A stretch of DNA of 64,000 nucleotides from Tubiluchus corallicola (taxonomy: Eukaryota > Animalia > Priapulida). Below, piece by piece: positions 12,993 through 27,900 of the stretch; positions within the stretch are counted from its first letter, which is position 1; every line of letters begins with the position of its first letter. The stretch is from assembly GCA_030141605.1 (NCBI GenBank), contig JAQGDQ010001071.1:1135-65134 (forward strand), read 5' to 3'. The translations under genes and the position numbers were made by a program. The notes beneath the pieces were generated by a model that saw only the letters and a list, made by a program, of their open reading frames with translations, did no database searches and was not told the origin of the DNA.

Positions 12993-15900
12993 TATTATTA
13001 TTATTGTTATTATTATTATTATTATTACACAATGTAACTTCGTATAACAATGTAACCTCGCATTCACAATGTAACCTCGTATTCAATTCTCAACAATTTC
13101 ACACTTACTATTTTTCCGTCCTTTAAAAATTTGACTAGATTAAATATACATTTCTGCTATTTAGTACTTAATTTAATACCAAATCTATTTTTAATACTAT
13201 AATGTTTATATATGTATGTGTGTATATATGTATATATATATATATATATGCAAACACCTGAAAAATGTCATGAGCCTGTAAGTAAACTTGTATTTTTAAT
13301 AAGGGGCAGCTGACCAAGTGACCAATAGGTCTTTCGCTGCTCCTTCTCAGTTGCAATAAAATGTAAAAATAATTATGTCGAATTTTAACTGCTATTGAGA
13401 AAATAAAGTTGAATTGAACTGAATTGATTGGTTCGAGTTCGAAAGTCAAAAATTCGACTCGTTCATGTTCGCTTTCTGATGGGAATACCTCCATTAAATA
13501 TCATCACGGTTTATGACGGTTTTATTAGCCAGACGAGACGTATTTACTGTAACAGTGTGAAGTTTGCTTCTTGTATTAGCATGTATATAACATACGCAAA
13601 ACCCATGAAAGCCTGGCTTAAAACGTTAGCGTTGTTTTACCTGAGTTGTCAGTATGAGAAATGACTCTGCAAAATGAATGACTTCAAACAGCGTGCACGA
13701 CGGGGCTCTAATAGACGCTAATGCCACGTGGGGGCGAATCGTGACGTCACTGCTGCTGCTAAAATAGAATTTAATATTGCATTTGGTGTTTGTCAATGCC
13801 TGGGGTCAATTCCAGGAAAGCGTGGTCAGTGAAGGGTTAAAATTCTATATCCTGTCTACGAGTCTGTTACTTGTTCTGTTTCTAATGCTTGCAAAGCATA
13901 AAGGAAGACAGGATGATTTTTCATATACTACCTCATTTTCACGTACGATAAAAAGTATATATTTTAGCACAATTAGAACTGCAAAAGTGTTTCCGATAAT
14001 TAAATAATAGATTAAAAACTTGATTAACGGCGGGCGAGCCTAACTATTGATAACATCACAAACTAACATAATTTTCAAGAGCAAAAATATTTCACGAGAT
14101 TGTTGCATGTGTTTGCGAAAGCAAAAATTGAAGTACAGTGCTACTGTAAGATATTCAGCGTGTTGTACTAAAACTAGGCAAGTTTTAAGATAAAAATTCA
14201 AATTTCAAATTTGCCGCTGTGCCCACACATGAGCTGTCAAACGTGTGCAGTACATCACAAACTAACACACCTGCAACAGAGGTACAAAAACTGAACTGTT
14301 TCCGAAATGCAAGCGCCAGTGCCCGTCTAACTAGCGAACGGCGAAATGCATGTAACAGCGAAGAACTAGTGGTGCGAACGTGAAATTGTGTTTGTGTGGT
14401 AATAACTCTTTCACGTAAGTCATTTAGAAAAAATAGTATGTTTCCCTTAAATATTTTAAAGAGTAGGTTGTTTTGAACTACGATTTAACATTGGGTTCGG
14501 TTCTGCTTTAAACTAACAGGATCTTTAATCCTTTGATAAGTTATATTTACATACTTTACAGAGGTGTAAATTAATTTAACTGGCTTCTTACTTGTAAAAG
14601 TTGATCATTAAGACTAATTATTCGGGCGAGAAAAGGTTACATTCAGATTAACTATTAAAATCGTTATAAATATTTGTCGTAATTCAGAAAATATAATTAA
14701 CTTAGGCTGTCACATCATCATATAGGCAATTTTTGCATTAACAGTAAAATAATTAATTTCATTAACTGACATTAATGTTTTTAGCTGTTGTGTTCATCAC
14801 GTTGCTTTTACATTGCACGTCTTTAACGTGCCACCTGCCAACAATATAAGTTATTGAAATAAAGACATCAACTGTAAAGGAGAACGTGTTTTCGATCACA
14901 TTGACCTTGACCCTTGTGACCTGAGAGTTAACGAAAATGTGTGATTTGATCGCACTGACCCTGACCCTTGTGACCTAAGAATTAAGGAAAATCTGTGATT
15001 CAATCGCACTGACCCTGACCCTTGTGACCTTAAGAATTAAAGAAAATGTATGATTCAGTTGCACTGACCCTGACCCTTTTGTGACCCAAGAATTAAGGAA
15101 AATGTGAGATTCAACTGCACTGATCTTGACCCTTGTTATCTGAGATTTTAAAAAAACTTATAATTCGACGACACTGACCTTGACCTTTATGACCTTGGGT
15201 CATTGCTGATATATCAACACAGTTTCGCCATCTCTATATATTGCTGCATAGGTTTATTTTTCTAGTTTTTCTAAATTCTAGTCCAAGAATAAAAAGATTG
15301 TGCGACAAAACACTCTGATATCTGTAAATCGAATTTTAGATTTTTAACCCTCGTGTCAGGGCTGTAGACGGGCCGGAGATTAATCTGCTTTTGCAGGAAC
15401 AGCTGTTAGCGGCGACGGGCTTCGCGGGGTAATTTACCAAGTTAGCTATCATAACATATTTAAGTGATTTAGGATGAGGAATGACGTAGTGATGACGTCA
15501 GTGCAGCAAGTTTTCTGGTTTAGAAAAAACAGAGGTAGATTCTGCGCTTGTGTTTAAATGACTTTTTGGCTTATTTCTTGAATGCAAGCGTCTTAGTTGT
15601 TTCTAACCAGCTTTTAAAATACCCTGAAAAACAAATACTGGCTAATCTAGCACTTTTTGCACTAATCGTAATTGTTGTACATTAAAAGGGGGCACTGTCA
15701 GCTGCCTGTCATGGTGGAGCGGCTGCGTAAAAGAATGTAAATTTACTGGTTTCTGCTTTGTAGCTTTAAAGTTGACGTTGAACGAACTTATCGACAAGAG
15801 CAGCGTATTAATGAATTACGAAGAAAAGTGGCTCCGAGAAAATAAATTTTGCTATTCCTTCTTTGTAAGGACGTTCTATTAGTCTTTTAATTTTTCTCTT

Positions 15901-18900
15901 GTATGGACTAGTAAACGGCCAAAAGAGACGTTCTATTAGTTTTTTCATTTTTCTCTTGTATGGACTAGTAAACGGCCAAAAGAGACGTTCTATTAGTCTT
16001 TTCATTTTTCTCTTGTAAGGACTAGTAAACGGCCTAAAGAGACGTTCTATTAGTCTTTTCATTTTTCTCTTGTATGGACTAGTAAACGGGCAAAAGAGAC
16101 GTTCTATTAGTCTTTTCATTTTCTTCTTATAAGGACTAGTAAACGGGCAGATTTTCTCGACAAATTTCTACCAGAAATCGATCAAACTGACAAAATTATT
16201 TGGAAAATTTTGTGCTTTTGAAGCAATAAGATTGCATCCTGGTTTAATGATGTTTGGCGTCAGCCACTAGCTCGGCCGTGGAAATCAGAAATTACCCGCA
16301 AAAGCAACGCAAAGCAGCAGCCTCCGTTCTTCTGCACTCGTTTAAAGGAAAGAATGAGTCACTCAGTATGTTGGGTTTATGTTACTGTTATCACTTAAAC
16401 TGTTTGTGGTGTGCTAGAGGAAAGAACGAGTCACTCAGTATGTTGGGTTTATTTTACTGTAATCATTTAAACTGTTTGTGGTGTGCTAGAGGAAAGAACG
16501 AGTCACTCAGTATGTTGGGTTTATTTTACTGTTATCACTTAAACTGTTTGTGGTGTGCTAGAGGAAAGAACAAGTCACTCAGTATGTTGGGTTTATTTTA
16601 CTGTTATCACTTAAACTGTTTGTGGTGTGCTAGAGGAAAGAACGAGTCACTCAGTATGTTGGGTTTATTTTACTGTTATCACTTAAACTGTTTGTGGTGT
16701 GCTAAAGGAAAGAACGAGTCACTCAGTATGTTGAGTTTATTGTACTGTTATCACTTAAACTATTTGTGGTGTGCTAAATAAAAGAACAAGTCACTCAGTA
16801 TGTTGGGTTTATTTTACTGTTATCACTTAAACTGTTTGTGGTGTGCTAGAGGAAAGAACAAGTCACTCAGTATGTTGGGTTTATTTTACTGTTATCACTT
16901 AAACTGTTTGTGGTGTGCTAAAGGAAAGAACAAGTCACTCAGTATGTTGAGTTTATTTTACTGTTATCACTTAAACTATTTGTGGTGTGCTAAAGGAAAG
17001 AACAAGTCACTCAGTATGTTGGGTTTATTTTACTGTAATCATTAAAACTTAGAAAAATACAACAAAGAAATTTGCAAAGAACTGTCTATAAAGCATAAAT
17101 CTACCTCTGAATAGAAATTTTCAGGCGTGGCGGTTGCTGCTACTCACTTGAAAATCGTGACGTAACTAGGAGACTTCGTGACTTTTCGTAAGCGCGTCGG
17201 AGCCTCCCGTAAGCGCGCGCAGCTTAAACTAATTCAAACTTCTGCAGCTTGCCTACAGTTCACGCGAAAATATCAAAAGAATTAAAGAAAAAAGATTTAT
17301 TATATTAAATATTATCGATAATAATGAGTGAAAACAGGGGGTGCTGCAGTTCCACAGTACCACGTTGTGACGCGGACAGGCTGAGACCACTCTACGTCTC
17401 TTTTATAATAAATAAATATATATAAATATATAATATAATATAAATATAATATAAATATATAATAAAGGTTGCATATAATATATCAACACGGAAGCTGTTT
17501 AACTTTTCATATGATACGAGCGCAAGATATATTTCTACTAGACTTAATATTATTTATATGTTATTCACAGAAAATGTGCATACAGTTTATACGTCAGGCT
17601 GAATAACAGTGAGAATTTTATATGCAAGAGCATTTTAAACAGTGATGCAAACTTTACTTCTGTAATTAGACGTCATTGGCGTAGTTTGTTATATCATTAA
17701 TTGTTATTTGTGTTATTGTTGTGTTTCATGATTTATTGTATTATTTGTATTAATTTGTGATGTGTTTATGAACTTTGTGAAGTTTGAAATAAAATATTGA
17801 ATCTAAATCTATGTCTAATCTTTTGTCAAATTTTTTCAAATTTTTCTTGCATTTGAGCTTTTCAGCTTCTTGGCCCTTCATTTGCAAGCATGTTCAGCAC
17901 AGTGGATCACGTTTGCAAACGTTTCTGATTTCTTAGTGAGTCTAAATACGATTATGACTCGATGTTGAACTAGGTCAACTGTCGTTCAAACTGATCAGAA
18001 TTACTGGGAAAATGCTACGATTACGTTTCCTGCAATTAAAGCGTTTCTTAGTACACAAGCTCGTAATAGCAGAATTGCGACTGCACCTGTCGGGTGTTTC
18101 TCCATAGATTCTCTTGTAAAAACTGTTTCAACTGTGATGAATAGCAAGCTGTCGAAATGAAGCCATCGAGTTTTTGGCGAAGCCAGTGGTTTTGCGCGAT
18201 CTGAACTCTTGCCGATTAACCAAGAGTGAAAATTATAACAGTCGGTTGTGCTATTAATTATATTTTTTGCCCTAAAGATGCAACCGTCAATAAATTGGCT
18301 TCTGACTGCTTGGCTTCTCTGCATCCCAAGTAATGATATTGCTGTATACTTGTGATTGATGTTGTCATGTATTTTGGCGTGAAAATAAATTAATAAACTA
18401 CACAAATCTAAACACAACTAATTGACAGGGACGTATTAACCAATAGGCTAACTAGGCTATGCTAGGGCGTCAAAGTTTGAGAGGCGTCACATTTTAGAAA
18501 AAATTCTTATCCTCCTTTGGAAAATGTGTATACATTTAAATGCGCATTCTACAACACACCGCAGCAGCTTTTTTATGTGCCACATAACGAACAGGTGTAA
18601 GGTATTACACAACAAGCAGTTGCGCAGCCTGCTTGAATATAAGCGCTATGCAAGTACACGTAATTAATAATGACCACGTAGAAAGTAGGTTAGTAATGTT
18701 TCTAATACACCACAAGTAATTGTTTTATCTGCTCGATACACGAATAAGCATAAATTCATAACAGCGATAGACGGTACAGAACTATGTGGCTATATGTGCA
18801 GAAGTTGATACGCCGCTGTTAATTAAACATTGAACAACTGGAATTGATCGACGGTACACATTGCTTGCCTTAGAAAGGCCAGTTTTCTGGCCTTACTGAT

Positions 18901-21900
18901 GATATTAGGCGAGTACTGCGTTCCACTACATCTACCAGTCTGCCAGAAAAAAAACCCCAATCCATTCCCATCCTAATTAACACTGCATTCTAGCCTTTGA
19001 CTTGCCATCCCTTATTTGCGTTAGTACCTTGAAGCCTGAATGGATTTCTAAGAATAAATTTGTAAAAATTATAAATATAAATAAACTACTACAATTATTA
19101 TCATCAGTTTTCTTTTAGTAATGATATAATCAGTAATGATTATAGAGAATAATTGCTGCATGTGTGAGTGCATCTACATCTGATTTGTGTCATTGAAAAT
19201 TTCAGTACATTGAGCTAAATTTTGCAGATCAGTTAAACAAAAATTAGTCGTAAATATGATGAAAGTTATTCTGCTTACGAAGCTGTAAAAATTGAAATAT
19301 TTTTGATTATCTTGTTTTTTGATAATATATTAGCAAATCTAATTATAACTGGCACTGTCACAGTTTTCTAGTGTAACTAGCGCCATCTTTCAATGGAAAT
19401 ATGAAAATTTCCAGATGAATGCTTTTAAACTAAACACATTTTTTGCTTTTCTTTTCCATGTCGTCTGCTGTGGATTTGCCTGCTGACGAAAAACGACATT
19501 TCGATTATCACGACAACACGGTCATTTGTGGGAATAATCAAACCACGAAATCATGACAATCATTGGTGATTTCATGAATATGCAGAGGACAAAGTCCATC
19601 GATTGTGGACACAATTTGGTGCCGCCTATGGAGATGACGAGACGGGAGAGTAGCGACATGCGCAGTAAGGTGACCGTTAAATCCGACGGCAGCGCCATGA
19701 CGGATTTGACGGGTAGCGCCCCCACTAGTCCAGATAGTGCAATACCCAATGGAAACGCGCCAGGGGACACAACGTCTCCCACATCACCAGAGTCCCTCCC
19801 CAGTCCCAGTGAGAGCGTAAAGAGAGATTTGATGGCAGAGGCGATCCCAGAAGAGGGGTCTGATGACGTGAATCAGGTAACAATTTACTGTAAATTTTCA
19901 TGCTGTGGAAGTAAAAATGTTGTTGCTAGATTGCATACATGATAAAATCTGTTGCACACTGAACGGGGTAAATTCCAGAGTTCTGCATCTCACCACCATC
20001 ATCATCATCATACGTCCGCCACGTCTATTGTAGACATTGGGCAGGCAGAATTCTAAAATAAAAGAAATCTGCCTTCAGACAGGTAAACGCAGCAGTAACC
20101 CAGCAGAAAAATCTAAACACTGCTACGCCAGTGGCTTGTCAGCACCACTTCCGTTAAAGTTCTGGACTTTCTGGACCTGTGAAGCAAACATTACTGCCCT
20201 CTAGTGCCCTGGATAGTATAAAGAAAGACCAAAGAAAAAAGATAATATTAAATATTATCGATAACAGTGAATGAAAATGGGGGTGCTGCAGTACCATGGT
20301 ACCTACATACGAGCTGCCACTGTTGGCTAGACTGGGATTCACAGGCAATCAAAATGATGCAATCATTAAATCCAAAATGCTGCATGCTAGCAGTACACTC
20401 GCTACATCTGCAACAAGTCAATTATTGCGTTTTACAATAAGAAAAATTCAATTCATTTTGTCTGCACAATTGATGGTTAACGCCAGAATACACGTGTTTT
20501 CTCTCGTTCAAAAATTAATTTTTGCAAGTGAGATTTCGCAAAAACCACCTTGTAGATTATTGGAAAACATACGAACAAACAATGAGAGTAAATTTTGCCC
20601 AACCGTAATGTAAACATTCAAAACACGTTATCCAACTCTTTAGTGACGATTGTGGGGTGAAGTGTTGCCATCAAATTTGCAACATCCACTTTGTCTGTTC
20701 AGCATAAATGGATTACGGGCTGGATTAATGCATAAGCAGACCAAGAACCAGGTCTAGACTCAGGGGGCACCAAGCTGATAAAAATTGAATTGAAATGAAG
20801 TGAATTGAAAGTCATTTGATAAGCAACATTTGTTCGAAAACCCCAAATTGTTGAGGCTTCATTCATGCACCACAATACAACAAAATACGAGTTATACAAT
20901 TGCAAATTAACAATGCATTGCAGTGCTATGAGCGTAGCAGAAGAAATTCACTTATGAGGTACTGCATTGCCATCCCAGTGTGCCTCACTGGTTCACCACA
21001 AAACGCATTACCTATCTTATTGACGATATATAACAAAGTAAGTTAAACGTTTACTTAGTCAGCAAAGAGTGTGCTACGAATGCTCTGATTATTTTTTTCA
21101 ACTTTTGCGCAATGTAATCTAAACTTGTTTCAAACGGCTTACCGTTAAAATGTTTGCGCCTGACACGGTCGTCACGGAATAAATTTATAATTTTACACAT
21201 TGTTGCTGCTGACGCAAGCACTGTGCGCAATGAGACAACGTAAATGATATAAAATTTCATTTTTAAGTTTTGTTTGTTTAAGAATGGTTTCTTGCACAAA
21301 TCTACACGGTTAACAAGGAATCACTTCAACACAGATTGCTGCTAAAATTAGGCGTAATTATAGCATAAATAAACCTCTTTTCAGAAGGGCAGAATAAGCC
21401 TGCTTATTTTCGTAGCACAGAGTTGCATGATTTCTCTGCGTTCATAAATAAAGACCTTCGACTATAAATGTTCGTCTTCTGCCACAGTTTTTTTTTTGCA
21501 TTAGCTTCGCATCCAGCTCGGATAATGAGTAACATATTGGAATGCCATCGCAGGCAATCTGTGTAAATTTTAAAATTCAAATTATTAGATGGTCCCCCTT
21601 CACTTTCCGTAATCCAATAAATACCAGTTAAGCTATCATTTGGAACAACACTAGACTAACCTCAGTTCAGTAAGAAATGGCAGAGTGTGACGTAAGTGAT
21701 ACATAAACTTGATAAAATCGTAAACAAAAAATATTGTTTCCTTACGAATAGTGAAAACGGTTTTCTGATTTGCTTATAAACGGCAAGTCTCCTATCTCGT
21801 TTTCCCGTGTCAGTCAATTTTCAAATTCCCAAGATTCGTGTTTCCATAAACCGACAATCTCAGTTGCAGTAAAGCCTTTGTCAAATTCTCGTTTTATCAA

Positions 21901-24900
21901 ACGTAAAATAAATTTTATGAAACAAAAAGCCATAATACTTTTCCTGATAGCCTTTCATCTGATGCAAAGATCTTCTTCTCTTTGATGATGGTTTCATATT
22001 AACATCCATTCACTTCTCATCGTCTTTAATGACCGCTAATTCGCTGCAATGATTTTCATCGCTCTCTTGCACATGGCAGCATTATGCTGGGCCTTGTTGA
22101 CGAATCAATCATCTTTTCATGAGCAAGATCTAAATGAAATTTCATGTTTCAAGGTGTAGGACATTGCATCATTATGCTGGGCCTTTTTGATGAATCAGTC
22201 ATCGTCTCATGAGCGAGATCTAAATGAAATTTCATGTTTCAAGGGGTAGGACATGGCAGCATTATGCTGGGCCTTGTTGATGAATCAATCATCTTTTCAT
22301 GAGCGAGATCTAAATGAAATTTCATGTTTCAAGGGGTAGCACATGGCAGCATTATGCTGGGCCTTGTTGATGAATCAATCATCTTTTCATGAGCGAGATC
22401 TAAATGAAATTTCATGTTTCAAGTGGTAGGACATGGCAGCATTATGCTGGGCCTTGTTGATGAATCAGTCATCGTCTCATGAGCAAGATCTAAATGAAAT
22501 TTCATGTTTCAAGGTGTAGCACATGGCAGCATTATGCTGGGCCTTGTTGATGAATCAGTCATCGTCTCATGAGCAAGATCTAAATGAAATTTCATGTTTC
22601 AAGGGGTAGGACATGGCAGCATTATGCTGGGCCTTGTTGATGAATCAATCATCTTTTCATGAGCGAGATCTAAATGAAATTTCATGTTTCAAGGGGTAGC
22701 ACATGGCAGCATTATGCTGGGCCTTGTTGATGAATCAATCATCTTTTCATGAGCGAGATCTAAATGAAATTTCATGTTTCAAGTGGTAGGACATGGCAGC
22801 ATTATGCTGGGCCTTGTTGATGAATCAGTCATCGTCTCATGAGCAAGATCTAAATGAAATTTCATGTTTCAAGGTGTAGCACATGGCAGCATTATGCTGG
22901 GCCTTGTTGATGAATCAGTCATCGTCTCATGAGCAAGATCTAAATGAAATTTCATGTTTCAAGGGGTAGGACATGGCAGCATTATGCTGGGCCTTGTTGA
23001 TGAATCAATCATCTTTTCATGAGCGAGATCTAAATGAAATTTCATGTTTCAAGGGGTAGCACATGGCAGCATTATGCTGGGCCTTGTTGATGAATCAATC
23101 ATCTTTTCATGAGCGAGATCTAAATGAAATTTCATGTTTCAAGGTGTAGGACATGGCAGCATTATGCTGGGCTTTGTTGATGAATCAGTCATCTTCTCAT
23201 GAGCGAGATCTAAATGAAATTTCATGTTTCAAGGTGTAGGACCTTTTCGCAACATCATTTATTGTAAAAGTGAGAGTCTTTAGGTTTAGCAATGCTTATA
23301 TGTGAGGCCGTACTAGTGGCGGCTCCTGTATAGTTACTGTGGAACTGCATGTGAATACCAGTGAAAAAGCCTTCTGTATGGGGAACTAACAGAAGGGACA
23401 CGCCCCATTGGACGCCCTAAGCTAAGATACAAGGCTACCTGTAAAAGCGCTTTGAAATGTGGAGAAGTTCTGGATGAATGGCAAAGAATCGTAGAAAATC
23501 GACCATCGTGGAAAACAACAGTATAGAAAACGTGTAATAAAGAAGACATTTGAAATGATCGAAGAGGTGTTGGTTCAGAGAAAAAGTGCAGAAGTTCAAC
23601 CAATGAACGTGGTTTCTTAAAGACATGCAAAAAAGAAGGCATTTGAAATGATCGAAGATGTGTTGGTTCAGAGAAAAAGTGCAGAAGTTCAACCAATGAA
23701 CATGGTTTCTTAAAGACATGCAAAAAAGAAGGCATTTGAAATGATCGAAGATGTGTTGGTTCAGAGAAAAAGTGCAGAAGTTCAACCAATGAACGTGGTT
23801 TCTTAAAGACATGCAAAAAAGAAGGGATTTGAAATGATCGAAGATGTGTTGGTTCAGAGAAAAAGTGCAGAAGTTCATCACAAGTAGCATGCAAACATAA
23901 ACCAGAAGAGGTAATAGAATTAAATGGTTCTGATCAAGATTAGATCCTGCTATCCTCAAATCTGGTTAGAAAAACACAAGTCTACAACATACACATTGTT
24001 TTTTCGGAAGCAAATAATACATTCAGCTCAACGCACATTCTGTATACATTGTTTTTTAAGAAATAATCATTCATTAACACATTCTCTATCATTGTTTTTC
24101 GGGCAAACTGCATTCACTACCAATTTTATAATTGTTTTTGAAGCAAACAATGCATTCACTCAACAACTCTGTATACATTGTTTTTCGGAAGCAAATATCA
24201 TTCAGCTCAACGCACATTCTGTATACATTGTTTTTTCGCTAGCAAACAATGCAGTCATCTCAACGCACATTCTCTATACATTGTTTTTCGCTAGCAAACA
24301 ATGCATTCAGCTCAACACACATTCTCTATACATTGTTTTTTCGGAAGCAAACAATGCATTTATCTCAACACACATTCTCTATACATTGTTTTTTTCGGAA
24401 GCAAATAATGCATTCAGCTCAACACACATTCTCTATACATTGTTTTTTCGGAAGCAAACAATGCATTCAGCTCAACACACATTCTGTATACATTGTTTTT
24501 TTGGAAGCAAATAATGCATTCATCTCAACACACATTCTCTATACATTGTTTTTTCGGAAGCAAACAATGCATTCAGCTCAACACACTTTCTGTATACATT
24601 GTTTTTTGGAAGCAAATAATACATTCATCTCAACACACATTCTCTATACAATGTTTTTTCGGAAGCAAACAATGCATTCAGCTCAACACACATTCTCTAC
24701 ACATTGTTTTTCGGAAGCAAACAATGCATTCAGCTCAACACACATTCTCTACACATTGTTTTTCGGAAGCAAACAATGCATTCAGCTCAACACACATTCT
24801 CTATACATTGTTTTTTCGGAAACAAATAATGCATTCATCTCAACACACATTCTCTACACATTGTTTTTTCGGAAGCAAATAATGCATTCATCTCAACACA

Positions 24901-27900
24901 CATTCTCTACACATTGTTTTTTCGGAAGCAAACAATGCATTCATCTCAACACACACATTCTCTATACATTGTTTTTCGGAAGGCGTTCACACTAGGCAGT
25001 AAGTCACTGGATGTCATCTCGTAGCAACTGTTTCAAAGTTTGCAGTAACTTGCCGACAGTAACTCGCAAAGGCGTTCACACTAGGCAGTAAGTCACTGGA
25101 TGTCATCTCGTAGCAACTGTTTCAAAGTTTGCAGTAACTTGCCGACAGTAACTCGCAAAATAATTCACCTTTGCTAATTTGCTATCAGGGAGAGAAAGCT
25201 CATTAGTCTGACGTAAAAGTTTGTAATTCAATCTAGAAGAATGGCCTCTATCATTATAAACTTAGTAGTCATTGTACAAAGTCACCTTGGTTTGGAGTCA
25301 CAGTTTTGGTTTTTAAATGACACGTGGTTTTGAAACATCATCCAGATAATGAAGACAGATTAAACATGACATAAACCTAGAAACCTGAAGTAGGTTTCAG
25401 AAAAATCGCTTTAAAAATCATATTATTGTACTGCAATTTTATGCGTATAACGTACACGCGATGAAAGGAATTTTTGCTCGTTTTCATTCTAAATCTCCCG
25501 CAATACTGTTCCGACTGCACCATTACATGACGTCACTACGCAAACATAAATCAGGGAAAGAAAAGGAAATGTTAAACTATGACCCAGAAAGCTAAAAGCT
25601 TTCCATGCAAATCTGTATTACTTAACATTTGCCTTACCTGCTGGAAAGACTTATGTAACTAGAAATAATCAATTAAAATGTTCGTGCCAATCGGTAAAAT
25701 GTGCTGACTCACCTTACAGGATGCACTACTCACTAACTAGAAAACATATTTTTAATCTTATTGACTAAATGCAGTAATTTAAAATTCTACTTTCATTAGT
25801 GACATATGTGCTACAAATGCTCTGATTACTTTTTCAAACTTCACGCAGTGTTACCATCAGAATGGCTGCGTCTGACGGTCATTGCGTGAGTTTAAATCAA
25901 GTTTTGTACATTACTGCCAATGCAAGCCCTGTATGCAATAAGGCAGATTGTAAGTGGAGGGTTTTCTTGCATTTTAACTTACAGATGCAACATTGTAACT
26001 CATGCAACGTTCGTTTTTGCACTTTGCAGGAAGAGCAGCAAGACGAGGAAGACGAGGAGGAAGTCAAATTCCGCGTTTTACCCTGCTTGCCGAAGGTGGC
26101 AGCACCGTTGCCTACGCGGAATGGCAGTGGTTGCATGGCAATTTTCAAATTTTGCCTACGCTGGGTGCTATATATTCTGTCCTTTCCGTTCGTCTGCGCG
26201 TTCACGTGGACGATACCCGACTGCTCGAAAGAACACAATAGGTAATTTTGTCATCACTGAGATCGTTTCTGTACGATTGAAATTTTTTGGTTAGTAATTA
26301 TGTTTGCAAAGTCCTTTACTGATATGAGAGAGAGAGAACGCTTGAGTGGCCACAGTGTGTGCTTAGCAGCCCAAGTTTGGCAACAGTAAACATAGTCAGT
26401 ATATGGATGGGTGACCATCTGAAGAACGGCTCCTAGGCGGTTTCATTTACCGTAACGCTCCTGGCTATTTACCTCAAAGGATGTACATATTTAAAAACAC
26501 ATGTGCAAGTTTAACGTCTCATCTAAGAAGATTGGCCTTCTTTATAAAACAATGTTAATACTTATAGCATGGGGCTAGTTATTATAGCTGTGGGCACCAG
26601 CGTGCCGCGGTGTATATTCATTTTTCTACTGTTTTATACCTAGTCCACATGGTGCTTCAAAAGAATGACATTCAAAACAGTGAACTTTGTCCAGATTTTC
26701 ACTGACGGCTACTTAACTATTTCATAAAGGGGTGCTATTTAATCTCTCTTCATTTCTGAAATAGTGCAGAAATGGCTTATACGATAACGAGCTTTGTTTT
26801 AGCCAGTGTCGTGAAGGAAGGCAAAATCAACGAAAAAAGGAAATTGGAAAAGAAATGAAACCAGAATTTGTTATCAAATGTTTCGGAGATTAAAATCAGA
26901 ACGGCAGACTTTTAAATTATATTTGGATAAGTAGCGTTTCACAAGTCACACTAGTGAATTTCGTAAGAAAGAAATTAAACTCTCCCCACGCAGAGTAATT
27001 ACTTTTTGTATCAATAAAACAAACCCACTCTGGAATTCACGTGCATAAGAACACGTCTGTTCTAATGGTTTTGAAGAAATAGTGGCATATGTCAGAGGTT
27101 CAAATAAATTGATTGGCTCACAGAATAGTTATTTCTTTAGCTTAAAAAGGAGTTGAAACTTTCTTTAGGAACAAAAAGCAGCAAAATCCTTCAATGTATT
27201 AAACTGCTCTTGCACCGAAATATTAAAAATAAAATAATCATGGCTGCCCCATAAGCTCTTCAGCTGTGTAGGCAGAACTGATACAGTTTATTATAAGAAG
27301 TGTTTTCGCCTTGTAAGCAACATCATTAAATGTGTGAAAATTCTCTATCAGTTTTCTCTTGCTGTCATTTGAACAAACCTACACTGCAGTGTGTAATCGC
27401 GTTACTTATTATAAATTCATAACAGGATTTGTCAAATAATCTCTGCACAAGCCAGTCTAAACAGATTTGTGAGTCTGAACTTATACATCAGTCCAGCATC
27501 TGTCTTGCATGGACCCCATCTGCCGGGCCATGTTGAAAGCAGCCGCTGCATAATCTGTAAACATAAAGAGCTTTGATTAATTATGTGGTCTCCACCCGCA
27601 AAAGAGGGCCGACTTGCACTTGAATCTTCAGGCTGTTTTTATCATAAAAATCAAACTCGCCCTTACAAAAACTGTTAAAAAACGTAGAACTGGGAATCTG
27701 ATCATTTCGATGCTAGAAGATCGATTTTAAAAGGCAATAAGCATTTTCTTTCATTTCTTGGCAAGTCATAGCAATATGATTTGTAGAATTGCTGTCCATT
27801 AGGCATTGCTGTAAACGTGGTGATGAGAATTGGCAACTAAAACTTGCCTTACAATTATTTACAGACAAGGCTTACAGGAAGAGTGTTCATGTATGTAGAT

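Noticed and set aside
12718-13126. Poly-Asn, poly-Ile and poly-Leu ORFs
   Set aside because: (TAT)n microsatellite inside a retroelement UTR.
22070-23243. CRISPR-like regular repeats (also 9135, 44757, 52057)
   Set aside because: Head-to-tail units with no unique spacers, no cas genes, and a eukaryotic intron context.
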